In this document: piece after piece, positions 49,363-59,259 of the stretch
Layout of the letters: each line of letters begins with the position of its first letter
How positions within the stretch are numbered: position 1 is the stretch's first letter
IMG/VR virus record: IMGVR_UViG_3300046542_000227
Span: 62,001-126,000 of that record
DNA: 64,000 nucleotides
Direction: 5' to 3' (one strand)
The notes under the pieces: model-generated
The model's database searches: none
Told to the model about the DNA's origin: nothing
The model's input: the letters and a program-made list of their open reading frames with translations, nothing else
Position numbers and translations under genes: made by a program

Positions 49363-49992
49363 GTGGCTGAGCAATACCTACAATACGCACCTCAAATTCT
49401 GGCCATCCTGACACGTCAGGCTTGCGCCAAACAACCGATCACTTATGGCGATATCGCTGAGGAGATCGGTATTGCCCGTAAGGGTAATCACATGGTCAAC
49501 GTGATGAACTCGGCGTTGTCGCGTCTGTTCTTCTGGTGTCAGCACAACGGCTTGCCACACTTGACCTCACTGGCCGTACGTACTACTGAACAAGTACCCG
49601 GTGTTGGCTTCTGGGGTTTGATCGGTCAGCGTAGTTTGTCGCTTGCTGACAAACGGGCATTCCTGCGGATCATCCAGGAAGAAGTTTATCGTTACTATGA
49701 TCCAGTGTCTCGGATTGGGACACAGGCTATTCTACCATTCCTCGATTCCATCGAGTACACGTTCGGTAAAGAGCCTGGCGTCAACCATTGCGATTGTCGG
49801 GTGCATTTCCCCGGTGGTAGTGCCACACGTCGGGTGCACCATATACACACCGATCGTCATAAAGCCATGGCTGATGCTCTGGAAAGTACTCTGGAGTTCG
49901 TGGTCAAATCCATTTCACACAGTACGGCAACCACGCTGGAAGCCGCCAGCTTCAACAAACTTCGTACGCTGGTCATGGGAGAAGCACAATGA
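49363..49992 (+). CDS. Hypothetical protein with HTH-like N-terminus
   Basis: AAGGAG RBS, GTG start; ITYGDIAEEIG, LP.LTSL.V, PG.GF. Confidence 0.6.
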   Translation: MAEQYLQYAPQILAILTRQACAKQPITYGDIAEEIGIARKGNHMVNVMNSALSRLFFWCQHNGLPHLTSLAVRTTEQVPGVGFWGLIGQRSLSLADKRAFLRIIQEEVYRYYDPVSRIGTQAILPFLDSIEYTFGKEPGVNHCDCRVHFPGGSATRRVHHIHTDRHKAMADALESTLEFVVKSISHSTATTLEAASFNKLRTLVMGEAQ

Positions 49993-50657
49993 GTAATCGT
50001 TACGGTATCTACGACGTAAAGTGCAACAGCAATGTTTTCAGTAACGCATTGCTGGAGCAGTCGGGCATGGCCACTGGGGTGGCTGGTGACAATGACATTA
50101 CTTACATGGCGGGTGGTTTCCACACCTACGCCAAAACCGACATGGGTGTCTGGATGGATGCGGTGCGCCATCACGTAGATGCGCTGCAAGAGATCCGCGA
50201 CTCGATGGCGGGTGACGATCCATGGAGTGGTGGTCATGGCACTCAGAAGGAGTATTACATCACCTCCTGTGTTGGCTTCGAACCACGTGATGACGAAGAA
50301 CGTGACGCTCTTCTCCACGATGCAACAATGATTCTGCGTGAAGAGAAGGCCATTCTCAATTCGATCGTAAATGGCCTCGTGATCACACCCATCGAAATCC
50401 TCAGTGAAGCAGACGGTGCTGTGGTCGATGAAGCACTTGAATTGCTGAGTACGGCTCAAGTGGTTCAAGCGGCGTTGATTCAGAAGAATGGTCGTGAAGG
50501 CGATGCTTTGTACATGTCGAAGATCAAGCGTCTGCGTCGTGTACTGCCTGCACGTATGAAGAAAGGTATTCCAGGTGAAACGGGTTCCTATGTACAGGAT
50601 GAACTCGCGGCACTGGTAAAAGAAATCAAGCCTTTCTTGGCTAACCCACCAGCATAA
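49989..50657 (+). CDS. Hypothetical protein
   Basis: ATGA overlap. Confidence 0.65.
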   Translation: MSNRYGIYDVKCNSNVFSNALLEQSGMATGVAGDNDITYMAGGFHTYAKTDMGVWMDAVRHHVDALQEIRDSMAGDDPWSGGHGTQKEYYITSCVGFEPRDDEERDALLHDATMILREEKAILNSIVNGLVITPIEILSEADGAVVDEALELLSTAQVVQAALIQKNGREGDALYMSKIKRLRRVLPARMKKGIPGETGSYVQDELAALVKEIKPFLANPPA

Positions 50658-50700
50658 CGGCATATGGTCCACGGGCTACCCGTGGACCTTTATAAGGAGT

Positions 50701-51231
50701 ATGACTATGACCATTTCTCGTGAGTTCCATCATGACTTCGGTATGTGGGAATCGTGGTTTGCCGGTCTGAAGGATCACCCGTTGTATGACGCTGACATCG
50801 TAGCCAAGGGGCTCGCCCTTTATGCCTTCTACTACTGTGATCATGCTGGTCACCGTACCTTGTCGGCTAGCGAATATGCTGCGGCTATCGAAGCAGTAAT
50901 CCCCAACTCGTCGGTGAACTTCAACATCCTGCTGCTGGAAGGCGAGTGGGTTCGTTGGTCGGCTACGTGGGCTGGGTTGTTCATCAAGCATGCTATCGGT
51001 CGTCACCGCGGTATCAACCGGATGATGTCAATCATCGAACATCGGCGGATTGACCCGATTACTCCTCGGGCTTTTATGATCGCACTTATTGGTGGCTGTC
51101 GTGTCTTCGATGCTTTGCAAGACGGTAGCGTCGAAGCAGAAGACATTCCAAAGCTATCTGATGAGATCATGGCTAACATCGAACTGGCCCACCATGAGGC
51201 TGACGTTACATGGTCTCCCACTAAACGATAA
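50701..51231 (+). CDS. Hypothetical protein
   Basis: TAAGGAG RBS. Confidence 0.65.
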   Translation: MTMTISREFHHDFGMWESWFAGLKDHPLYDADIVAKGLALYAFYYCDHAGHRTLSASEYAAAIEAVIPNSSVNFNILLLEGEWVRWSATWAGLFIKHAIGRHRGINRMMSIIEHRRIDPITPRAFMIALIGGCRVFDALQDGSVEAEDIPKLSDEIMANIELAHHEADVTWSPTKR

Positions 51232-51256
51232 TCACTGAGTGAACCGATACTGAGGT

Positions 51257-51265
51257 CTATATCAC
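51257..51265 (+). promoter_or_regulatory. Putative early promoter motif CTATATCAC
   Basis: Motif copy within an inverted repeat (ctgaggtct...aggcctcag). Confidence 0.6.
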
Positions 51266-51310
51266 AGACTTGTATAGAGGCCTCAGTTTACCGCAAAAGG
51301 AAACTTGTTT

Positions 51311-52000
51311 ATGAAGCGCATTAACCTACTGTTGTGGGTGGCTGCATCGCTAATCAGTCTAACGGCGCATGCCAAGGAGTATGCGTTCTATGAACGTCCC
51401 TCGTTCATGGCTGAAAGTATGCCCAAGAAGATCAACTGCATACTGAAGTCTGAGTACTACGGTACCTGCTTAGGTGACTACACATCCACCGCCGATGTGC
51501 CGGTCAAGATCAGTACCGGGGAAGGAACCCCTGTCCAAGTTAAGTATGTCAATCCGCTGGTTTCGGTTAGTTGTCAACAAGGTGTTTGTGTTAACGACTT
51601 CAACGATACTCCGGTGGGCGACCTGCACATGGAGCATCTGCCGGCGAGCTACACGATCAACTGGACTATCATTGATGGCTACTACATCTACCATGATACC
51701 CAGAAAGGCGTGTTCGCTTACAAACGTGGCTTCGGTCCGTTAGCGGATAAATACCCGCCGTACCAGATCATCACTGAACCCGTACAGCGGATGTCGACTC
51801 TGGTCGATACCACTGGAACTTATGACGTGGTGTGTTTACCACAGTCTGATGATTGCCGCTTTGGTGATCGTCGTATTCCACGCTCTGATCTTTCGAAGTA
51901 CATTCCAAAGAAGTCCAGTGAGTGGTGTGACCAGGTCTTCTGCTACAGCAACGAATTTGCCGAAGGGGTAGTTGGTTTAAATCCTGAAGGCATGTATTAA
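51311..52000 (+). CDS. Secreted Cys-rich protein
   Basis: Signal peptide ending AHA; eight Cys. Confidence 0.7.
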   Translation: MKRINLLLWVAASLISLTAHAKEYAFYERPSFMAESMPKKINCILKSEYYGTCLGDYTSTADVPVKISTGEGTPVQVKYVNPLVSVSCQQGVCVNDFNDTPVGDLHMEHLPASYTINWTIIDGYYIYHDTQKGVFAYKRGFGPLADKYPPYQIITEPVQRMSTLVDTTGTYDVVCLPQSDDCRFGDRRIPRSDLSKYIPKKSSEWCDQVFCYSNEFAEGVVGLNPEGMY

Positions 52001-52040
52001 ACCCAACGGGTACTTCGATGCCCTTGCCCTAGAGGTATAA

Positions 52041-52343
52041 ATGGAAACCTTTCTCTTTCTACTAGGTATTGTGATCTGGTGGCGTAGCGGTGGTTTGATC
52101 GCTCGTCTACTTGGTGATAAAGCCGACGCCTTAATTAAAGCCATGCATGCACATTACTTCTTAGGACCACGTTCCGGTATCATCTGTTTGTTTGATGGTG
52201 CTATTCGTGGTTGCTTAATTGGTTTTGCTGTAGTGCACGGCGAGTTCTTCATTGCTAAGGCAATCATCATTCAAACATGCATCATACTGGCTGGTGTTAC
52301 AACCGGTATGCAGCGTATGCGTAAAGAATTACGTCAGGAATAA
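52041..52343 (+). CDS. Small membrane protein
   Basis: GAGGT RBS; three hydrophobic segments. Confidence 0.6.
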   Translation: METFLFLLGIVIWWRSGGLIARLLGDKADALIKAMHAHYFLGPRSGIICLFDGAIRGCLIGFAVVHGEFFIAKAIIIQTCIILAGVTTGMQRMRKELRQE

Positions 52344-52990
52344 ATAGTTTGCGATGATGGCGTGGTGCCATCTAGTGATAAAGGAATTCCTGATGCTGCT
52401 CAGCCCGATGCTCGCGCTTCTGGTTCAGCTGTCAGCTCAGTGCCTTTGCGAAGAGCCTAGGTTCGATGGGGTCACTTACGCATACGCAGACGGGGTGGAT
52501 CGGCATGTTGCCCGTTCGCCTTACGTACCCCCGCCCTCTAGTGCCCTGGCCATAGTAGCCCGGGCCCGTCTATGGGTGGGTCTTTCTGTGTATGCGAGTG
52601 CTACGCCTCACGAACTGCCGATAGGACTGAGACACACGCTTAAGGTGCGTGTAAGTCAAATGTTCCCTGTCGGCATTTCAGAGGAGTGACGTATGTTCTC
52701 CATTGGGCTTCTTTCGCATTGGGCGTTGTCTGATCGTTGTTTTGCTGCTCTCCGGCTTGCGTTCCGGATAAGCCGCTCCATTAGCCATATACGACGACTG
52801 CTCCATCGCACTGCAATCCCCTTCCGCAGGGAAGAGACTATTAATGTATCCAGGCCGATAAACCAAAACCGCGCACCTGTGCTGCACTCGGCTAAGGGCC
52901 GGGCTCGCACCCATAGAGGCGCTGCCTGGGAGCAATAGATCTCCCCTGATGGAAATAGTAAAGCGCCCGCCTACTGAGGTTGGGCGCTTT
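52344..52990 (+). ncRNA. Candidate large structured ncRNA (about 500-650 nt)
   Basis: Nested long-range helices with G-U pairs on + strand; ends at terminator 52960-52990; overlapping ORFs are not phage-like. Confidence 0.65.
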
Positions 52991-53032
52991 ATGCCCCTTT
53001 TATGCCGTCGGCCTCTTTAGGAGTTTATTTAC

Positions 53033-53893
53033 ATGGTCACTAAGTTAATGAGAATGGTCGCTCGGTTTCGTAATCGGCACAGCGTCGAATTACAGATCCG
53101 TTTGAAGTCAAGTGAATCGCAACCACCAGCTGTGGATCAACACATGCATGCCATCCCGTACGCCATTCGCATGGGTGAACTGTTTCCTAACTACAAACCA
53201 ACTGACACGGATCTTGAGATCCTCGCCAACTATCCAATGAACCATAGTGAAGCAGACCTTCCGGTATTGGTCCGCACGATCTATAGTTTCGACAAACACT
53301 ACACCTACTCCGATGTCGCTAGTACCTTGCGTTTCGGTGATCAGGTGGTCGCTACGATCAAAGCCGGTTTGGCCAAGATCGATGATCTCCAAGCGCGCCA
53401 GCTGTTGTCGCGTAACTGGTATGCTGATGACCGCAGTGAAATGGTAGATGCCTATCCATGGCTCGCTACCCACGGTCGTGCTACGGCCTTCACGTCACTG
53501 GTCACCAGCGGTGTACTGCCTGAGAAAGCGTCGACCTACGTCGGGGTAATCAATGGCCTGCGTGACTTGATCGCGACGATCTACCTGCGTACTAATACCT
53601 GTGGGCAACTGCTGGTATGGGGCAGCGATTACGACCGGGCTCGGTATTATGCCCGCTATCGTAATAACAAGATGTTCCACGGTGTAGCTTTACCTTCCGA
53701 TCTTTATACACGGGTGGATCAGCTCGCCGATTACATCGGTGGTCGGGAACTTAAAGAAGCCCTAGTCTTGGGTAAGTCCGAGTACTCGATTGTGCGTCAA
53801 CCGCTGATGCGGGACGACTGCCTTTACACCATCCATCGTTTCGACACCCCAATGATCAGCTTCTTCGTAGCCGGTCAACCTGTATCTAACTAA
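53033..53893 (+). CDS. Hypothetical protein
   Basis: AGGAG RBS, 286 aa. Confidence 0.65.
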   Translation: MVTKLMRMVARFRNRHSVELQIRLKSSESQPPAVDQHMHAIPYAIRMGELFPNYKPTDTDLEILANYPMNHSEADLPVLVRTIYSFDKHYTYSDVASTLRFGDQVVATIKAGLAKIDDLQARQLLSRNWYADDRSEMVDAYPWLATHGRATAFTSLVTSGVLPEKASTYVGVINGLRDLIATIYLRTNTCGQLLVWGSDYDRARYYARYRNNKMFHGVALPSDLYTRVDQLADYIGGRELKEALVLGKSEYSIVRQPLMRDDCLYTIHRFDTPMISFFVAGQPVSN

Positions 53894-53905
53894 GAGGTTC
53901 CACCC

Positions 53906-54406
53906 ATGTACGCACAAAACGCTCTCACTATCGATCAGAACGCACCATCCGTAGTGCAAACTGCCAAGGTAGCCATGCACCAACTGATCGGTGGTCAGAT
54001 TATCGACAAGCGTGCCATTGCTGTATCGCCGGAACGTCTGGGTCGTGCGATCGCTACCGTCAACCCGGTAGTGGCTGACTCGATCATCACCAAAGGTGAG
54101 TTCACCATCATGTTCGGCGCAGTCCAGTTGGCTGATGTGGTGGATGCCGAGCGGACCATGAGCCTCAACATCAACGAAAGCAGTTATGGTGGTGGCCGTA
54201 TGATGTCGGGTATGAACCCACACATGCTTTCGCCGCAATACAGCTATGTTGTTTTCGGTGACGACCTGAGCAATGGCGTTATGCTGACGGTAAACCAGTG
54301 TCTGATGCAACACGCCAATAGCTACGGCCAAGGTGCGTTGATCAACGTCGTGCTGTCGCACATGCTCAAAGAAGAAGCCAACATCGGCCTCGGCTTTGGC
54401 AACTAA
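53906..54406 (+). CDS. Hypothetical protein
   Basis: GAGG RBS. Confidence 0.7.
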   Translation: MYAQNALTIDQNAPSVVQTAKVAMHQLIGGQIIDKRAIAVSPERLGRAIATVNPVVADSIITKGEFTIMFGAVQLADVVDAERTMSLNINESSYGGGRMMSGMNPHMLSPQYSYVVFGDDLSNGVMLTVNQCLMQHANSYGQGALINVVLSHMLKEEANIGLGFGN

Positions 54407-54417
54407 GTAACACTGAG

Positions 54418-54460
54418 AAAAGGGGACCTTCGGGTCCCTCTTTCTTTTTTCTTTTATGCC
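54418..54460 (+). terminator. Intrinsic terminator
   Basis: ggggacc-ttcg-ggtccct plus long T-run. Confidence 0.8.
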
Positions 54461-54645
54461 GTCTGCAAGATTCTACCGGTGTGCCCTCTATACAGACGTA
54501 TAGCCGTGGTGGAGCATTCCCGCAGTATAGATCCAAATGTCGCTTATGCCATCTTGAGGTTCGCTATACGGAACGCCATTGTACAATGGCACTCGTTATA
54601 CCCTTTAAGACTGCAACGCGCCCTAGCGCTTTATAGGAGGCTTTA

Positions 54646-54945
54646 ATGGCTAAGAAGACAGCACAGACATCCGTAGAAGAACTCGAAGAAGTCATGACCA
54701 TGATTGCTGATAGTTTCTATACGGTGTTGAGCTTTAATCGAGATAAGGCGGTTAACCTACTGACTGAAGAGGGGATGTCAGAAGCTAGACGAGATCTGGT
54801 GAGTCAAGCGGTGAATGCTGGCGTGCGTGCCACACTGTCTACGGTTGAGGAACTCAATGGTGAAGTACGGTTCAAGACACGTGGTGTCACTGCGATCCTT
54901 TCAGGGGATCTGGTTAGAGGGATGTTTGATGAGATCAACAACTGA
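54646..54945 (+). CDS. DIN-motif family protein (ends FDEINN)
   Basis: AGGAGG RBS; AGVRATLSTVEELN. Confidence 0.75.
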   Translation: MAKKTAQTSVEELEEVMTMIADSFYTVLSFNRDKAVNLLTEEGMSEARRDLVSQAVNAGVRATLSTVEELNGEVRFKTRGVTAILSGDLVRGMFDEINN

Positions 54946-55025
54946 TGTAAATAAATACTGATTGGTTTAATAGAAAGGGGGAACCTAGCCGTTAGGCGAC
55001 GGAGGGGGATAGATATGTCGTGTGA

Positions 55026-55176
55026 GGGATTTGTTAAAATCCCGATCCATCCTTTCTCTGTTAAAAGGCCTATTGGGGTTGGGGACCCAATAGGCTTGCT
55101 CTGTCTGGATAGAAAGTCCAAAGCTCTATCTTGGACTTTTGTTAAATAACAGTGAGTGGGTAGGGCCCCCACTCAC
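55026..55176. repeat. Cluster of perfect inverted repeats
   Basis: 55026-32/55037-43, 55068-77/55086-95, 55113-21/55131-39, 55152-60/55168-76. Confidence 0.7.
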
Positions 55177-55320
55177 ACGCCTTTTGCTTTTATAGCGATA
55201 GCCTCCAGCTTACGGAGGGCATAAGAGAGACCCACCAAGGTCTCTCCGTTTATGTCGTTTCTATCCATTTAGAGAACTACATCATGCGATTGATCTTACC
55301 CAACCTTTAAGGTACTGAAA

Positions 55321-56196
55321 ATGCAACAATCCCTGTTTAGTCGCGATGATCTGCGTCATGCCCTCAACCACGTACAAGGCTACGAAGTCCTGTACACCTA
55401 TACCCTGGCCGGTATGTTGAACGAACACATCAAGCGCAATACCCTGTCCATCGAGGTGGGTGACCGTGGCCTGTCCCGTGCTGTCTCGATCGTACGTTTC
55501 GATGTAGGTCGTAGTGGTACTGACAGTAAAGTACCTGACCTGCTGTTGGAGATGGTTATCGAAGACCCGAACTTCCACGCCGAACGTGTTACGGTGGAAC
55601 GTCGTGCGGCAGATAACTTCCGCTGTACCGTGCGTAACATCGGCTGGGTTAAACCAGAACCAGTGGAACCCCCTAAAGACGATGATAACAATCGCCGTAA
55701 CAGCTGGGACCGTCACACCAGCGCTGAAGGCGTTGGTCGGGTAGAGCTACCTAGCGATGTATGGCGGGTCATTGTACAGCATCAGATCTACATGATGCGG
55801 ACCTGGATGGAAACGTTTGAAGAACGCGTTAAGGAAACCAAACACCTCAGCAAGAACCAAACTGTGGTGTGGGTACGTGAACTGCAGATCGAACGCTTCC
55901 CGAATATCCCGATGTTCAAAGTTGTGGCCATGGTTGAGCCCCGCATCAACGTAAACAAAAATGGTTACACCGAAGGCCTGGCGGATGTGATCATTGTTCC
56001 TATTGGTTTCAACCATCGGGGTTACACTGAGTTCTACGCCCATAGCAGTGATCTGTTGACGCTCGATGAATACGAACGTCGACTGTTGGATGATGGTCGG
56101 GGTAATAGCGACTGCTACCAACGACATGACTTCAAACTGAGTAGCTTCATGGTTGAAGAAGTCATCAACAAGATCCCTGCTGGCGATCGTCGCTAA
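55321..56196 (+). CDS. Hypothetical protein, paralog of 56510
   Basis: Shared HSSDLLT..EY motif. Confidence 0.7.
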   Translation: MQQSLFSRDDLRHALNHVQGYEVLYTYTLAGMLNEHIKRNTLSIEVGDRGLSRAVSIVRFDVGRSGTDSKVPDLLLEMVIEDPNFHAERVTVERRAADNFRCTVRNIGWVKPEPVEPPKDDDNNRRNSWDRHTSAEGVGRVELPSDVWRVIVQHQIYMMRTWMETFEERVKETKHLSKNQTVVWVRELQIERFPNIPMFKVVAMVEPRINVNKNGYTEGLADVIIVPIGFNHRGYTEFYAHSSDLLTLDEYERRLLDDGRGNSDCYQRHDFKLSSFMVEEVINKIPAGDRR

Positions 56197-56207
56197 GGAC
56201 AGCTGCT

Positions 56208-56480
56208 ATGTCGTGCCTCAATATCTACCGGATCTACAGTCGCACCCGCCCTCAAGGCTACCGCGATCACGTAGGTCAAGCTGTGGTGATTGCCGCCAGT
56301 GAAGCTGAAGCCCGTATTGCGCTGGCTGAATCCTGCTCGGACAAGGACTATGAGTTCTTGGATGACGGTATCTACGCCTGCGTTGAACTCGGTGCTGCTT
56401 ATAACACCGTGGTTCCTGGTGTGGTCACTGCTGACTATGATGGTGAGACCATCTCGTTCGAATACATCCCACTAAACTAA
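56208..56480 (+). CDS. Small hypothetical protein
   Basis: AVVIAASEAEAR motif; TAAGGA RBS. Confidence 0.65.
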   Translation: MSCLNIYRIYSRTRPQGYRDHVGQAVVIAASEAEARIALAESCSDKDYEFLDDGIYACVELGAAYNTVVPGVVTADYDGETISFEYIPLN

Positions 56481-56509
56481 TCTACTTCGCCTGTTAAGGA
56501 TAATGACCC

Positions 56510-57316
56510 ATGATCAAACTTCTCTTCACCCCTAACGAACTGCGTACTTTCCTGTTCAACACCCCGGACCATCAAGTGGCTAGCTGCTACGTAATGGCAG
56601 CCCTGCTCAACGACCTCGTAAAGAATGACGGTCTGGCCCTGGAAGTATCCACCCGTAAAGGTGCCTTCACTACTCCGGTAACCGGTGTCGTGGCAACGCA
56701 GCTGTCGGATAGCTTCAATGTCCGCAATGTTATTCACAGCCTGCAGTTCGAGTACAACGTCCCTGAACATGAGGCCAAGTACTGCCATATACAGCCGTCT
56801 TCTCGGCAGATGTTGCGTCTTGCCGATGCTCACAACGTGGCCAGACGTGAACCACTCAGCGCTGAAGACGTACACAACGGTCGGGCAATCGAAGGGCGTT
56901 GCAAACTGTCCGATACCAGCTGGGACTTGGTGCGTGAAGTCTACGCCATGTACATGGATATCTTCATCCAGGCGGTTAACCATCCGTTCAGCAAACACAC
57001 GAAGGTGTTCTACCCCCAAGCCATCGTGTTCGATAAGAAAGATGAGACGTTCCCTACGGCGAATCTGCTGCGTGTGGTCTCGCAGTCGGCACCGTTCATT
57101 CATGAACGGGAACTGGTCGATACCATCGTAGAACGTTTGGACCACGGTCATGGGTTCAAGTATGTGCACAGCAGTGATCTACTGACACAATCGGAATACA
57201 ACGACAGCTTCAGCCCATTAACTGCTATTACTGGGCAGTCCTACCACGGCGAGAAGAACGAGTGGTTGTATGCGGTCTACGAGTCAATGCCAGTCGACTA
57301 TCGTCGCGGCGTCTAA
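56510..57316 (+). CDS. Hypothetical protein, paralog of 55321
   Basis: LF...ELR..L and HSSDLLT motifs. Confidence 0.7.
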   Translation: MIKLLFTPNELRTFLFNTPDHQVASCYVMAALLNDLVKNDGLALEVSTRKGAFTTPVTGVVATQLSDSFNVRNVIHSLQFEYNVPEHEAKYCHIQPSSRQMLRLADAHNVARREPLSAEDVHNGRAIEGRCKLSDTSWDLVREVYAMYMDIFIQAVNHPFSKHTKVFYPQAIVFDKKDETFPTANLLRVVSQSAPFIHERELVDTIVERLDHGHGFKYVHSSDLLTQSEYNDSFSPLTAITGQSYHGEKNEWLYAVYESMPVDYRRGV

Positions 57317-57344
57317 CAACAAACAGCAACAGACGGGGTGCGCA

Positions 57345-57626
57345 ATGATCGTAATTAACGGACGTGAGAATCCTCAAAAGCTTACTCGTGATGACATCAT
57401 GGTCATGGTGGCGGAAGAACCCTTCCAGATTGATCCACTGCCGATCATGCAGTTCGAAGCGGATTTCGAACTGGAACTGGTTGAGGTTAAACCAGGTCGT
57501 TTGATTTACGAGGGGGAAGTTGAAGAACGTCAGGTGAAGGTGGATGTTATCCGGATCCCTGACAATCGCTTTACCGTAGATGTCATCGTTGACAATCCGT
57601 CTGGTGTTGACTTCGGTACACTCTAA
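57345..57626 (+). CDS. Small acidic hypothetical protein
   Basis: GGGGTG RBS. Confidence 0.6.
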   Translation: MIVINGRENPQKLTRDDIMVMVAEEPFQIDPLPIMQFEADFELELVEVKPGRLIYEGEVEERQVKVDVIRIPDNRFTVDVIVDNPSGVDFGTL

Positions 57627-57782
57627 CAATAAGAAAGTAATAGTTCCGACGTACAGTGACGTATGTGGATTCGGAACGCTTGACCAGGAGTAAGGCTGTG
57701 CATGCCTTGTAAACACGAGAGGGGCTCTACGGTGTAACCTAGAGCACTCATTGTAGTTAACCTGAAAAAGAAGAGCACTCTA

Positions 57783-58655
57783 ATGCCACATACTCCACGC
57801 TTCGGAACTGTTGCCCTTAACCAAGAGCACGCCGATAACCCGCAAATTGGCGATGGCTGGCAGGAACATTTCTGCTATCACTTTATCATCGTTGACGTAA
57901 AAGAAAATGGTAACGTGGTGATCGTCCCGGTCTTCCGGGTTGATCAAGGCCAAGTCGCGCAATACGAAAAGGCCTATGAGATAACAAAGGCACAGTTGCA
58001 AGACGAGGTGCATTATCGCCATGGTAGCATGCGCGATGCGTTTCTCCTCGACGTAGTACCAGGCCATCACGATATCGTGAACATCTGGAAGCAGCAATTT
58101 AACGGGGCATACCTAGCTAAGGCTACACCGTCCATCAAGACATTGTTCATCTGTGGTTTCCGTGGTATTGGAAAGTCGCAGGTGATAGAGATGTGTCAAG
58201 GTGGTAAACGGGTGATGGAAGTATCACCCGGCGGTGACATGGACTACTACGTGCGATTGGTGACTAAGCCCCCTGCAGGCTTGGACATCATGTTGTTGCC
58301 GTCGGATCCGATCGTACATGCCGCGTTGTCTAGTGCTGGGGTGAAGTACCACATGGTCTATCCCCACCCTAGTTTGTGCAGTGCTTATCTGCGTAGAATC
58401 CATCGCCGTGGTGCGAAGACCGCAGATGTACATCGCTTCAAATCGGAATGGGTGGATGCAATCCATGATTGCCATTTCCAACCCGGTTGTATCCACTGGC
58501 AACTCCACGACAAACAGTACCTGATCGACGTGTTACCCAAGATCATTCACATGGAACATCTCGATGACCACGTGTGGGACGCACTCGAAAAGAAGGCAAT
58601 GGCCATGGCGACATCAGTGGATTTAGAAAAACCACTGGCCACTGCTACGGTATGA
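57783..58655 (+). CDS. Two-domain protein: module shared with 39109 plus P-loop kinase-like domain
   Basis: NPQIGDGWQEH; ICGFRGIGKS; MVYP......Y..R...RG. Confidence 0.6.
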   Translation: MPHTPRFGTVALNQEHADNPQIGDGWQEHFCYHFIIVDVKENGNVVIVPVFRVDQGQVAQYEKAYEITKAQLQDEVHYRHGSMRDAFLLDVVPGHHDIVNIWKQQFNGAYLAKATPSIKTLFICGFRGIGKSQVIEMCQGGKRVMEVSPGGDMDYYVRLVTKPPAGLDIMLLPSDPIVHAALSSAGVKYHMVYPHPSLCSAYLRRIHRRGAKTADVHRFKSEWVDAIHDCHFQPGCIHWQLHDKQYLIDVLPKIIHMEHLDDHVWDALEKKAMAMATSVDLEKPLATATV

Positions 58656-58690
58656 ATAAAACCCCTATCTTACTAAGGATTTAAGGAATC

Positions 58691-58993
58691 ATGACTTCAG
58701 CGAAACGTACCTTCAACGATCTTCAACATCCTCCGCACAGCAACCGCACCGGCCAGCGTGTGTATATTCGTGACCTCGATCCGGAAGCTTTCCCGAAAGC
58801 TCCTGAACCGGTGTTCAATAACACCGAACTGAACGCACGGTATTCCACTACCCGCTTGGGTAAGAAAACATATGTGTGGTTGGTTGATATCAAGAAGGAC
58901 AAGGTGAAGCTGAAACGCTGCCTTGAGGCCAAGGATAGCTTCGGTGAAAGTCGGGCACACTTCGAGCGCTACTACGTGCTCGATAAGGAGTAA
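58691..58993 (+). CDS. Hypothetical protein
   Basis: TAAGGA RBS. Confidence 0.65.
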   Translation: MTSAKRTFNDLQHPPHSNRTGQRVYIRDLDPEAFPKAPEPVFNNTELNARYSTTRLGKKTYVWLVDIKKDKVKLKRCLEAKDSFGESRAHFERYYVLDKE

Positions 58994-58997
58994 GTGA

Positions 58998-59240
58998 GTG
59001 GGGGTAGTAGGGAAGTACCGCCGTCTTAAGGAACGGATGCTTAACCGCTGGAAATACTGGCGCCTGCTGACTGAGATCGAGAAGGCAGGCTTCAGTGTTA
59101 ACAGAAGTGGTACCGTTACCTGCACTAAGTGTGAACCCGAGGAGGCATGTTGTCCGGGCCATCACTGCGTGCATTCCACCGCCATGCAGCAGTACATGTG
59201 GCGGCTGAGACAGTTGCAGAACGAATACCGGCGGATTTAA
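58998..59240 (+). CDS. Small Cys-rich protein
   Basis: CTKC...CC..HHC. Confidence 0.5.
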   Translation: MGVVGKYRRLKERMLNRWKYWRLLTEIEKAGFSVNRSGTVTCTKCEPEEACCPGHHCVHSTAMQQYMWRLRQLQNEYRRI

Positions 59241-59259
59241 TAACCAGTGGAGCAATCCC

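Noticed and set aside
52354-52938. ORFs of 111, 81, 84 and 85 aa
   Set aside because: Atypical codons and composition; the region is better explained by RNA structure
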